Position numbers and translations under genes: made by a program. From Octopus vulgaris (taxonomy: Eukaryota), in contig OX597826.1 in the NCBI GenBank assembly GCA_951406725.2, forward strand, positions 24,118,001 through 24,182,000: 64,000 bases of DNA, given 5' to 3'. Of the stretch, positions 13,464 to 24,850 are shown piece by piece. A model generated the notes under the pieces. It had not been told where the DNA came from. It saw only the letters and a program-made list of their open reading frames with translations, and ran no database searches. The stretch's first letter is position 1. The number at the start of each line of letters is the position of its first letter.

Positions 13464-13609
13464 AATAGGGCATAGCTATTGTCTTTTGATATTTTATACT
13501 TTGGGCTTCATATTCCAGGTCAACATATTTTAAAATCAATGTTGTACTTGGCAACCAGTGGAGTTTTTTTTTTTTTTTTGTCTGTTTACAAAGACAAAGT
13601 AAATTCTAA

Positions 13610-13647
<38 letters not shown>

Positions 13648-16112
13648 AGGAAAAAGAGAATGTAGAATAGAGTGAGTGAGAGGGCTTCCCAGTTAGTTTG
13701 AATCTTAGTTTCACTGTTCAGTGAAGTTAGGTAGAGCAATTAATGTTGCCACCTTGCTTCTGATTTGAATGCTGGTGAGGCAGAATAGTTAAGGATTTCT
13801 ACCACACAGTCATTGGGAACTTGGGTTCAATCCCACAGCATGGCATCTTGGGTCAATGTCTTTTACTGTAATTTTGGATCATCCCAAGTTTTTTGAATGA
13901 AACTGAATTGTGACTGAAACAGTTTGGAACCCACTTGTATAGATGATACTGGTACCTCTAAATTCAAAGAACTTGCTCTGGTACATACTACCATTCACTA
14001 ATTCATTGGGTTGGGTGTAGCTGTGTGGTTGGGAAATTTGCTTCCTAATTACATGGTTCCAGGTTCAGTCCACTCCACAACATCTTGGGCAAGTGTTTTC
14101 TGTTATAGACCTGAGCCAACCAAAGCCCTGGATTCGGTAGATGGAAACTGAAAGAAGTCTATCATGTGTGTCTGTGTGTGTCTGCCTTTGTGTGTGTGTG
14201 TGTGTGTGTGTATTTGTTTCTCTTTGTCTTGACAAGCATGATAGTTGTGAGTGTCACTGTCATTCAAGCAGTGTCGTTCATTCCGGATACTCTGCAATTA
14301 CCTTGCTTGGAAACAGATGAGGATTCAAGACAAGAATCCTGCTGTATTAAATCTGTCTCAATAAACCTCTTCTAATCCATGCTAGCATGGGAAAGTAGCT
14401 GTTAAGATGACAATTATGATGATAAGTCCATTGATGGAGCTTTGTTGGAACTAAAAGAAAACCATTTATATTATCAGTATAGAAATTGGTTAGAACCTGT
14501 ACACTAAATGTATCTAACCTGTCAATTTAACAAAACATGAGCCAACAACATAGGCTAGAAATAGCAACGAAACCTCTCTCAAATCATTCTCTCTTTGTTT
14601 GTTGTTGCTTTTGTTGTTGTTTGTTTATTTTTGTTTAATAGAAACAGAAGCACTGACCAATATACAGGATCTAAATTATATTGGCTGAAATAAACATGGA
14701 ATGTTCATTGAAGGAATGCCTTTGATGATAGGTTTACTCATTCAGAGCTTGCCTGGGGCTAAATAACAACTTAACTCACTGCTAAGTTAACATGACTTTA
14801 ATTATGAGAAATAGCAAAAAAAAAAAAAAAATCACAACAGAAAACAAAAGTCATTTTCTTGAAAAGTTAAAAAGAAAAAAATTATGATTAATTATATTTC
14901 TTCTTTAAGATGAAAATAAGAATTCTAGGAAGAATTGTGTTAGGTGAGGCTTTGAAAAAAATGTCTGATTACGAGAGGTAGCTGTTACATTTGTGTTGCA
15001 TCAAACTTCTAACCTGTGTAGCAACTCTGTACTTGAAAGAGCTGAGTAAAAATGATTTAGGTATAATAGGCATATTTATTACCTTTAACTAGTTGGATTT
15101 TTCCACCTTTATATCTCTGTCATGCTATGAAATCAGGTAACAATTAAAAATGAATGGATTTATTTAAAAAAAACACATCAAATGCATCTGTGTTGCTCTC
15201 ATATACACGTTAATTCTAAACTGTGCAGTGTTGGCTGAGGTAGTGAAAAGTGAGGCATGTCAGAGTGTTGTTTGATGAAGAAATAAATATCTTAATGTTT
15301 TGTGCAGCAAAGTTCTTCATTGGCGAGTAAATGAAAACTACCACTAATCTCTTTGATTTCAATTCATTATATTTGCATAACAAATAAAATAAAACTAGAA
15401 AAAAAGAAAAAACAGAATTGTTGGGAAAACTTGTGGTGGTATGCTTCAGCACAAATCTGTAAATAAAATTTGCAAATATGAATAAATTTGTATGCTGTGT
15501 TGAAGACATGATTTCTAATGTTTCTAGCAAGGTAATTTCATTGATGAACAAAAGAAAAAAAAATACTGAAATTCAAATATTAGATGTTGGCATAGTTGCA
15601 TGGTTAAGAACTTTGCTTTGCAACCATGTTATTTTAGGTTCAGTCCCACTGTGTGGCACCTTGAGCAAGTGTCTTCTACTATTGTCCCAGACTGACCAAT
15701 GCCTTTTGAGTGAATGTGGTAAACAGAAACTGTGTGGAAGCCTATCATATATATAAAGATGTATGTATTTGTGCATATATTTCTGTTTGTCTCCTCTCCC
15801 CTGCCACTGCTTGACAACCAGAGTTGGTTTGTTTACATCCCTGTAACTTATTCAATCAGTCTCTTTTGCTGAACTGCTAAGTACCAGATTTCAAAAAATA
15901 TATATAGAAATAAATATATATATACATATATATATAATACAAATAAGAAAATGGAGGAACAGATTCATTCCAATCAACGACTTACAGATATTACCAATTC
16001 ATATTATTTATTTATTAACTACATAAATAGGAACATCCAAATCCAACAAAACAAAACAATATACATCAATATGTAAGATAATAATACCATAAGAATAATA
16101 TACATAAAATGG

Positions 16113-16234
16113 ATCTTACAGCTGTTTCAGCCTGTAGATAAAGGTATCTCATTCTGCCTATATTAGTCAGATGTATTGAGGTAATATGCAGTTAAAAATG
16201 AGTTACTTATATATCTCAAGGCCTCGTCAGAGAT
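16113..16234 (-). ncRNA. Type I hammerhead ribozyme motif with 85-nt stem II extension
   Basis: atct CTGACGA ggcct-[85 nt]-aggct GAAA cagctg TA agat. Stem I atct/agat, stem II ggcct/aggct, palindromic stem III ACAGCTGT, GUA site. Confidence 0.7.
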
Positions 16235-16294
16235 TGTAAAGTACAATTATAAAAATGCAAATATAAATATGAAACAAAATACACATACACAAGA

Positions 16295-16325
<31 letters not shown>

Positions 16326-16918
16326 AGTGTATATTCATATATATATATACATATATATAAGTCTATATATAATAATATACATACACATAAGGTTACAGAT
16401 AATCAAATATACTGGAGTATACATATACATCTACATCAATGGGTACATATATAAAGTTCATTACATTACAAAAACTATTAATATTATTATTATTATTATT
16501 AATAATACCAATATTAGATTATGTGCATTCTGCTATCCACAATGCATAGTAGATGGAAAATACCACATAAAATATAGTATAATATAATATAGTACAATAT
16601 AATATAATAAATTATATATCACATATATAATATAGTATAACATAATATATAGACAGGTGCTTATGAAATATGAATAGCAGAATGCACATAATCTAATATT
16701 GGTATTATTAATAATAATAATAATATTAATAGTTTTGGTAATGTAATGAACTCCGTATATGTACCCATTGATGTGGATGTATATGTATACTCCAGTATAT
16801 TTGATTATATGTAACCTTATGTGTATGTATATTATTATATATATACTTATATATATGTATATATATATATGTATTTTGTTTCATATTTATATTTGCATTT
16901 TTATAATTGTACTTTACA

Positions 16919-17040
16919 ATCTCTGACGAGGCCTTGAGATATATAAGTAACTCATTTTTAACTGCATATTACCTCAATACATCTGACTAATATAGGCAGA
17001 ATGAGATACCTTTATCTACAGGCTGAAACAGCTGTAATAT
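16919..17040 (+). ncRNA. Inverted partner hammerhead motif (stem I weakened, agat>atat)
   Basis: atct CTGACGA ggcct...aggct GAAA cagctg TA atat. Confidence 0.6.
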
Positions 17041-17388
17041 TCATTTTATGTATATTATTCTTATGGTATTATTATCTTACATATTGATGTATATTGTTTT
17101 GTTTTGTTGGATTTGGATGTTCCTATTTATGTAGTTAAATAAATAATATGAATTGGTAATATCTGTAAGTCGTTGATTGGAATGAATCTGTTCCTCCATT
17201 TTCTTATTTGTATTATGAATTTGAGGTAAAATGTTTTACCTTTGCCCATCTAATACAATAAATGAATTAATTGCATTGCAATTATAAGCATTTATGTATT
17301 TGCCATTTGGGTGCTTCACCAGCAGTATTTTGGATAACTGATATCCTATAGTGGGTTACACTCATAACCCCTATCTCACTTTGTACTT

Positions 17389-17442
<54 letters not shown>

Positions 17443-17609
17443 GGTCGATTTGTTCATTTAAACCCTTCAAGTTAGTGCCCCAGCATGGTCACAGTCCAAT
17501 AATTGAAACAAGTGAAGGATAACAGATAAGAATTATATTCCATAAAGGCCAGGTTCTAACCCTAGCCAAATACACTGCTTGTTGGTTTGACCCTTTAGCA
17601 CTTAAACCA

Positions 17610-17830
17610 ATGTGGAGGCATGTGGCTTAGTGGTTAGGGCGTTGGACTCATGATTGTAAGATTGTGGTTTCAATTCCTGGACCAAGCGATGCGTTGTGGC
17701 TCCAGTCAACTCAGCTGGCAAAATGAGTAATCCTTGAATGGACTGGCGTCCCATTCAGGTGGGGAATTTATGTGACATGGAAACTAGGAGACCAACCCTT
17801 ATGAGTTAGTATGACTCAAGAAGATAACTT
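17610..17830 (+). mobile_element. tRNA-derived SINE family B copy
   Basis: A box tggcttagtggtt and B-box-like ggtttcaattcc. Related copies at ~7590, 20190-20510, 22680-23010, 25230-25460, 34858-35160 and 48720-49040. Confidence 0.7.
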
Positions 17831-17957
17831 TACCTTTACTTAACACTTTGAGTCCCATGTATACAGAATGTAAAGATAGAAGAAATGTCACTAAGCATTT
17901 TGCCTGGCGTGCTAATAATTCTGCCAGCTTACCACCTGAATAATAATAATAATAATC

Positions 17958-18295
17958 ATCATCATCATCATCGTCTAATGTCCGCTTTCCATGCTTGCAT
18001 GGGTTGGACGATTTGACTGAGGACTATGGAATCAGATGGCTGCACCAGGCTCCGATCTTGATCTGGCAGAGTTTCTACAGCTGTATGCCCTTCCAAATGC
18101 CAACCACTCCAAGAATGTAGTGGATTCTTTTACGTGCCACTGGCACGAGGGCCAGTCAGGCGATACTGGCAATGGCCATGCTCAAATGGTGTTTTTTACG
18201 TGCCACCTGCACGGGAGTCAGTAGAGTAGCACTGGCAACGACCTCGCTCGAATATTTTGTTCACGTGCCACCGGCACAAGTGTCAGTAAGGCGAA
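17958..18295 (-). mobile_element. Dispersed repeat family D (SINE-like, (GAT)n tail)
   Basis: Shared block ttctacagctggatgcccttcctaacgccaaccactcc and internal tgccaccggcac repeats. Copies at ~2615, 8100, 21100, 30260, 41315, 44200, 49085, 54690 and 62330. Confidence 0.7.
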
Positions 18296-18520
18296 TAATA
18301 ATACTTTCTACTATAGGCACAAGGCCTGAAATTGTGGGGAAGGGGTGCTAGTCAATTACATCAACCCCAGTGCTTAACTGGTACTTATTTCATCGACCCT
18401 GAAAGGATAAGTCGACCTCAGCAGAATTTGAACTCAGAACATGAACACAGATGACCTACCACTAAGCATTTTACCTGGTGTGCTAACAATTCTGCCAGCT
18501 CACCACCTTAATAATAATAA

Positions 18521-18880
18521 TAAGAGCACTCAGAGAGCGCAAACCTCAACCAAGGCAACACGAACATCCTTTCAACAATTAGCCAGAGATGATTTTTAAA
18601 ATGATAATATCTGAAATAAACTTGACTGCTCTCACTAACGAGAATACTAAAAACAAATCCAACTGCTCTCAAAAATTAAGTAAAAAACAGGAAAAATAAT
18701 CCAGAATCCTTGTCTGGTACCGGATCGATCCCAAAATCTAATCAGCTCATGCCAGTCATGAAGCCAAACATCTCTGAAAGTTTCATCCAAATCCATCCAG
18801 CAGTTCTTGTGATATTTTGCCCACGGACAAACAGACACGACTGAAAGCAATACCTCTGCCTTCACTAAGATGGAGGTAAT
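18521..18880 (+). mobile_element. Non-autonomous DNA element, Helentron/HINE-like; second copy 59065-59392 (-)
   Basis: Starts aagagcactcagagagcgcaaacctc, has an acaaac/agac repeat near the end, and ends in the hairpin tacctctgccttcactaagatggaggta. Confidence 0.5.
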
Positions 18881-19046
18881 AATAAGAAGAAGAAGAAGAT
18901 TAGCGCATGCAATATACTAATAATAATAATAACACATGTATCTTTACATCAATAATTATGTGTATGTTTTATTATCATTGCCATAATAACTCTTGCAAGA
19001 CATAGCTTTATCTCATATAGTAAAATAGCATAGAAATAAAATAGCA

Positions 19047-19440
19047 CAGGAGTGGGTGTGTGGTAAGTAGCTTGCTTACCAACCACATGGTTCCGGGTTC
19101 AGTCCCACTGCGTGGCACCTTAGGCAAGTCTCTTCTACTATAGCCTCGGGCCAACCAAAGCCTTGTGAGTGGATTTGGTAGACAGAAACTGAAAAGAAGC
19201 CCATCGTATATATGTATATGGATATATATATATATGTGTGTCTGTGTTTGTCCCCCCAACATCGCTTGACAACCGATGCTGGTGTGTTTACGTCCCTGTA
19301 ACTTAGCAGTTTGGCAAAAGAGACTGATAGAATAAGTACTAGGCTTCCAAAGAATAAGTCCTGGGAGCGATTTGCTCGACTAAAAGGTGGTACTCCAGCA
19401 TGGCCACAGTCAAATGACTGAAACAAGTAAAAGAATAAAA
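19047..19440 (+). mobile_element. SINE family A, full-length reference-like copy
   Basis: Pol III A/B boxes, CORE-like block, internal microsatellite and A-rich tail. Confidence 0.85.
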
Positions 19441-22400
19441 GAATATCTGTAGAATAAGTTAGGAATTGCTTTGAATATTTAGCTATCATTTCTGACCTTT
19501 TGAGTTAACCCCCTGCTACAATTGACTTTGTCTTTAATCTATCTAGGGGCAGTAAAATAAGAACTAAGAAAGAATTATCTGAAGGTGATATTTTCTGTAT
19601 ACTCCTTCAAAATGCATGACCTTGCACTTGCCTGTTTTAGAAACCAATGTATATTTAATCCTTGAAATGTATAGAATACAAAAAAAAAAAAAAGGACGAC
19701 ATCATCATGATGCATATTTGGTTCCATATTTCATTGCTCAGAAGTCTTGCTTGTCTGTGAGATAGACTGTAGCAACATGTAATCTCATGATACATAATCC
19801 AGCTCTGTTCTGTTTTCTAACCTAGCTAATTCTGTCTGGCTTTAATAGTATATCTTTCTCTTTGAACTAGACACTGGCTTAGCTTAGTTTTCACAAAAGA
19901 CCAATTGTAGTCAGGTTGAATTCATAAGAATTTTTCATGCTTAGCCATGCAAGCCATGGTTTTCATGCTTTCATTCAAATTTAGAATGTAGGCCATTTAT
20001 AAAGGCACTTCACCACTACCTACACGTGTGTATGTGTGTATGTGTATACATACATGTGCATACATACATATATAGGTATATACATATGTGTGTGTGTGTG
20101 TCAGTTATATCAAAAAACATTACACTCTACTTAGTTTTGCCTGAGAGCTGGCTGTTCATGTATGTAAAATGCAAGGCAAAAACAAAAAGAACTGGCACAC
20201 TGTCAGTTACAACAACAAGTATTCCAGTTGATCTGATCAACGGAACAGCCTGCTCATGAAATGAACTTGCAAGTGGCTGAGCACCCCACAGACATGTGTA
20301 TCCTTAACTTAGTTCTCAGGGAGATTCAGCATAACACAGAGTGTGACAAGGCTGGCCCTTTGAAATACAAGTACAACTAATTTTTGCCAGCTGAGTGAAC
20401 TGGAGCAATATGAAATAAAGTGTCTTGCTCAAGGACATAACATGCCACCAGAAATTGAACTCTTGAACTTATTATTGTGAGCCAAATACCCTAACCACTA
20501 AGCCATGCACCTTTGCTCCAATTCCAGACATATAAGCATAGACATAGCTGTGTGGTTAAGAAGTTTGTTTCTCAATTGCATGGTTTCAAGTTCAGTCCCA
20601 CTGTATGGCAACTTGGGAAAGTATCTTCTACTATAACCCCTGGCTGACCAAAGTGTTGTGAGTGGATTTGGTGGATGGAGACTGAAAGAAGCCCATCATC
20701 AACACTTTCCAGGTAAGGTTTTTTTCCTTTTTCCATTTAATATTTATTCATAGTTTTACCTATTTCATGTTCCAACATTAAAAGTGATTTATTTCACATT
20801 TTTCGAAGGTTCTAAATTTATATGATGCAACCTATACATATATATGTGGACTACCATGTAGGAGAACTGAAATCTACAAGTTGTTTTTCATTCTCACTCT
20901 CTTTATTTTATTCCTTTCTGTTGAAGAGCACAGGTTCAAAACATAAAAGACTTCATTTTTCCCGAGCATCAAACTATTACACTTGCTTGTTGTTCATACA
21001 TCTGTCTTCATCTTTTGTTTTTCTAAATTTCAACTGTGTATGTATATATATAGAGAGAGAGAGGGGGGAGAGAGAGAGAAGCCTTGTTAAGCCAAGAGAA
21101 ATCATAGTTGTGGCTGATGCCGGTGTCATATGGTGAGTACCTGTGCTGGTGGAACATAAGAACACCTGTATTGATGTCATGTAAAAAGCACCCATTACAG
21201 CCTTGGAGTGGTTGGTGTTAAGAAGAGCATCCAGTTGTAGAAACCATGCCAAATCAGTCTGAAACTTGGTGCAGCTTTCCGGCTTATGAGTTCCAGTCAA
21301 ACCATTTGATACATGCCAACATGGAAAGTAAACGCTAAACAATGATGATGATGAAATGTGAGAAGAAGTTTGCCTCCCGACAACATGGTTTTGGGTTCAG
21401 CCCCATTGCATCACACCTTGTGGAAGTGTCTTCTGCTGTAGCCTCATGCTGACCAAAGCCTTCTGTGGATTTGGTAGATGGAAAATTAAAGAAACCTGTC
21501 GTGTGTGTGGTTATGTCTTTGTGTTTCATCCTCCAAGAAGAGCCTAGCCATTTCGCCATAGAAAATCTGCTGCTGTGAATTCCTTTTGAAGCATGGAAAA
21601 ATGGATATTGACCCTTTAGCATTTAAACCAACTATATCCAACCAAAATATTCTACCCTTTTTTTTATGCTCAACCTGGCCAGATGTGGTTTCTGACACTA
21701 GCCTTTCAATATCATTCTAAAAATAAATTGTTACCTTATGAAAATCTCAAAGCTATGAGATAATGCTTGATTAATTCAAAACTATGTGAATAAATAAGTA
21801 TTACTTTGACAGATAATGGGTTAAATTGATAATGATGATGATATGTATCTTGATGCCTAATAAATTTACAATGCCAAAGAACAGCATAAGAAGGTCCACA
21901 GAAACTGTAGCACTGGCAGGCAGATAGCTACACTTTGAGACAACTGTAGGAGATCTTTTATTGGTACTCTATGCCCCACATGGAGTTAAAGGATTAAAAA
22001 GAAGACTAAGTTACAGTTGATATAGCTTTGGTACTAAAGTGTTAAGTGTCTTGGTCATGAACAGAACAAGATGTCAATAGCCAGTAGTGAACCATGAAAT
22101 AATTCAGTAGTTGTCTGCTTTATAGCTTATTCAGTCAGACATGACTCTCTTCACTCAAAGTGATTTAAATAGAATTCATTAGAGGTACTGGTTCTTTATC
22201 CCCTTCTACTGCTCTGCTTTTGTTGTATAGGATATAGTAATACCAACTCAATTATATACTTGTAATAGATTATTTGAATGCTCACTGAATTTTCACTTTT
22301 CCATGCTTGCTTGCCTCAGACAAAACTACATTGGATGACTGATGTATGTCCTTTATGATGCTGCCAATTCTTACTAGTTTCCAAGCAAAGTAATAATTTC

Positions 22401-23539
22401 TCCATCCCACCCCCCACTTCCATCTATTGAACAATGATCAGCCCAGACATGCTTTTACATGGGCTGCAAGCAAAGGACACCATTTGTATGAAGAGTGAGG
22501 CTTTTGTTTACAGTCAGTGAACACACATGATGACAAGGGGAAATATGAACTCAATCACACACACATGTAAATACAGTGGTCTTCTTCAGTTTCTGTCTAC
22601 TGCTTTGTTTCCTCATTTCCTCATCACATTCTTGAAATTAGTAATGTTAATAAATATTTTCTGCATTGGGTATATTAAAGGGTAAAAACCCACTTCGTTT
22701 ATGAATGATCATGAGATAGCACCTAGAAAGTTCCCCTCTGAAGCACAAGTCCAGGCAAGGTTGTTTATGGAAGACCAGCAGTCACCCATGCATACCAGAC
22801 TCCTCTCTCGACACCACCGATGTTATCCAAGGGAAAAGCAAAAACCTATACAGCCTGGCACCAGTGACATTGCACCTCATTACTACAGCTGAGTGAACTG
22901 AAGCAACATGAAATAAAGTGTCTTGCTGAAGAACACAAACACACGTTCTGGTCTGGGAATTGAATTCACAGTCTCACGATTGTGAGCCCAGCACTATAAC
23001 CACTGAGCCATACGAACACTGACTTATTCATTACTCCGTAGTCTGAAATATACTATTGAGAGTAAGACTGTGTGCTGCAACCCTGCTACAGTGTCACAAG
23101 TTTAAGTACAAGTGAAAACTCAAATTTCTTTAAATCAGAAACCGACAGAAACTTTTGTTGCTGTGGTTTGGGGATGTTGTGTGCATCTGTGACAATGAAA
23201 TATGAGCACTTCTGCAATTTCTTTATGTGAAAGGTTTAATATTGGTGGTGGAAGCTGTCAGGAATTTCCTGTAACCAACACACTTGTGTTCAGTGTTTGA
23301 TAGGCTGAGTCCTGGTTATCTTCAAAAGCAAAGGACAAGCGACAATCTGAAACAGACATATTGTATTAGGTTCACTGTTCAAGTATGTTATTCAGTCCCA
23401 AATCAACTCGAAATGAGCCAAACCTATAGCATGTAGATCAAGGGGTCTCACATTGTCTTCTACCTATCTTCTCTCCTTGCCCAAAATATATTTCTTTTAT
23501 ATGTATCAGCCCAGTTTGTGATTGGCCTTTGGTGAAAGA

Positions 23540-23825
23540 GGGAGTTCAACACAGCTGCCCTCTTTTTAGTTTTTTGCCATGATGTAGATCCATCTAGGAC
23601 CTTGGACAGCAAGAAATTAAATTGTTTCTTGAAAATATCTACTTCTACTCCATGAACATCCCTCAGACATTTTGGCAAGGCATTAAATAGCTGGGTGCCC
23701 TTGAATCCCAAGCTACTGCAGTACTTGCTCCTCACTCTGGACAGGATACCTGGGACCTTTGGAACAGTACAGTGATGTCCAGTTCAGTGATTAGTATAGC
23801 CCTTGATGTCCAAGTTTGGTGCATC
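23540..23825 (-). mobile_element. 3' fragment of a CR1/L2-group LINE
   Basis: SLGFKGTQLFNALPKCLRDVHGVEVDIFKKQFNFLLSKVLD resembles the LFNxLP...FKxxLD C-terminus of CR1/L2-type ORF2. Confidence 0.6.
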
Positions 23826-24427
23826 GGTGAATTATCTTTTACTTGTCTCACTCATATTGCCTTGAAAAATTTTAACTGAATGAATCAACTCTGGTACTTA
23901 TTTTTTGTAGAGCTTAGTACTTATTTTGTCTGTTTCTTTTTGTCAAACCACTAAGTTACAGAGATGTAAACACTCCAACATTGGTTTTCAGTGATAGGAG
24001 ACAAACACATACACATGGACATACACATGCACACAGATATATATATATATAAAGGGCTTCTTTCAGTTTCCATCTACCAAATCCACCCACAAGGCTTTGG
24101 TCAGTCCAAAGATTGTTCTCTAATAAATGCTAAGTTACTAGGATGTAAACACACCAACACCAGTTGTCAAGCTATGGTGGGGGACAAACACAGACAGAAA
24201 GATACACACACACATGATGGGCTTCTTTCAGTTTCCATCTACCAAATCCACTTTCAAGGCTTTGGTCAGCCTGAGGTTATAATAGAAGATACCCTTGGCA
24301 CCACTCAGTGAGACTGAACCTAAAAGCAAATTTTTTTTTTTTTTACTTCTTCCTCTCTTCATTAATTGGAAGACAAAATAGAGTTTGCATCTCCATAATC
24401 CTTCTTTATTAACCATGGTGTTGGTCA

Positions 24428-24647
24428 ACTCTTTTACTTGTTTCAGTCATTTGACTGTGGCCATGCTGGAGTAGCGCCTTTAGCCGAGCAAATTGACCCC
24501 AGGACCTATTCTTTGTAAGCCTAGTACTTATTCTATCAGTCTCTTTTGCTGAACCGCTAAGTTACGGGGACGTAAACACACCAGCATTGGTTGTCAAGTG
24601 ATGTTGGGGTGACAAACACAGACACACAAACATATACACACTCATAC

Positions 24648-24678
<31 letters not shown>

Positions 24679-24850
24679 TATATACAACGGGCTTCTTTCA
24701 GTTTCCGTCTATCGAATTCACTCACAAGGCTTTGGTCAGCCTGAGGCTATAGTAGAAGACACTTGTCCTAGGTGCCATGCAGTGGGACTGAACCCGGGAC
24801 CATGTGGTTCGTAAGCAAGCTACTTACCACACAGCCACTCTTACGCCTAC
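24428..24850 (-). mobile_element. SINE family A, full length
   Basis: Matches the family consensus. Confidence 0.85.

Larger units (their letters stand above)
15934..17390. mobile_element. Large fold-back element (arms 15934-16536 / 16674-17216, tail to 17390) with a hammerhead in each arm
   Basis: Arms are near-identical reverse complements, flanked by (TA)n. Confidence 0.85.
15590..17520 (+). mobile_element. SINE family A copy split by the 15.9-17.4 kb fold-back insert
   Basis: 5' part 15590-15890; 3' part resumes at 17439 (ggggtcgatttgttc...). Confidence 0.75.

Noticed and set aside
19008-19489. Recurrent ORFs with 'SVSVYQIHSQGFG' or 'RRHLPKVP' peptides
   Set aside because: Antisense translations of SINE family A, not genes.
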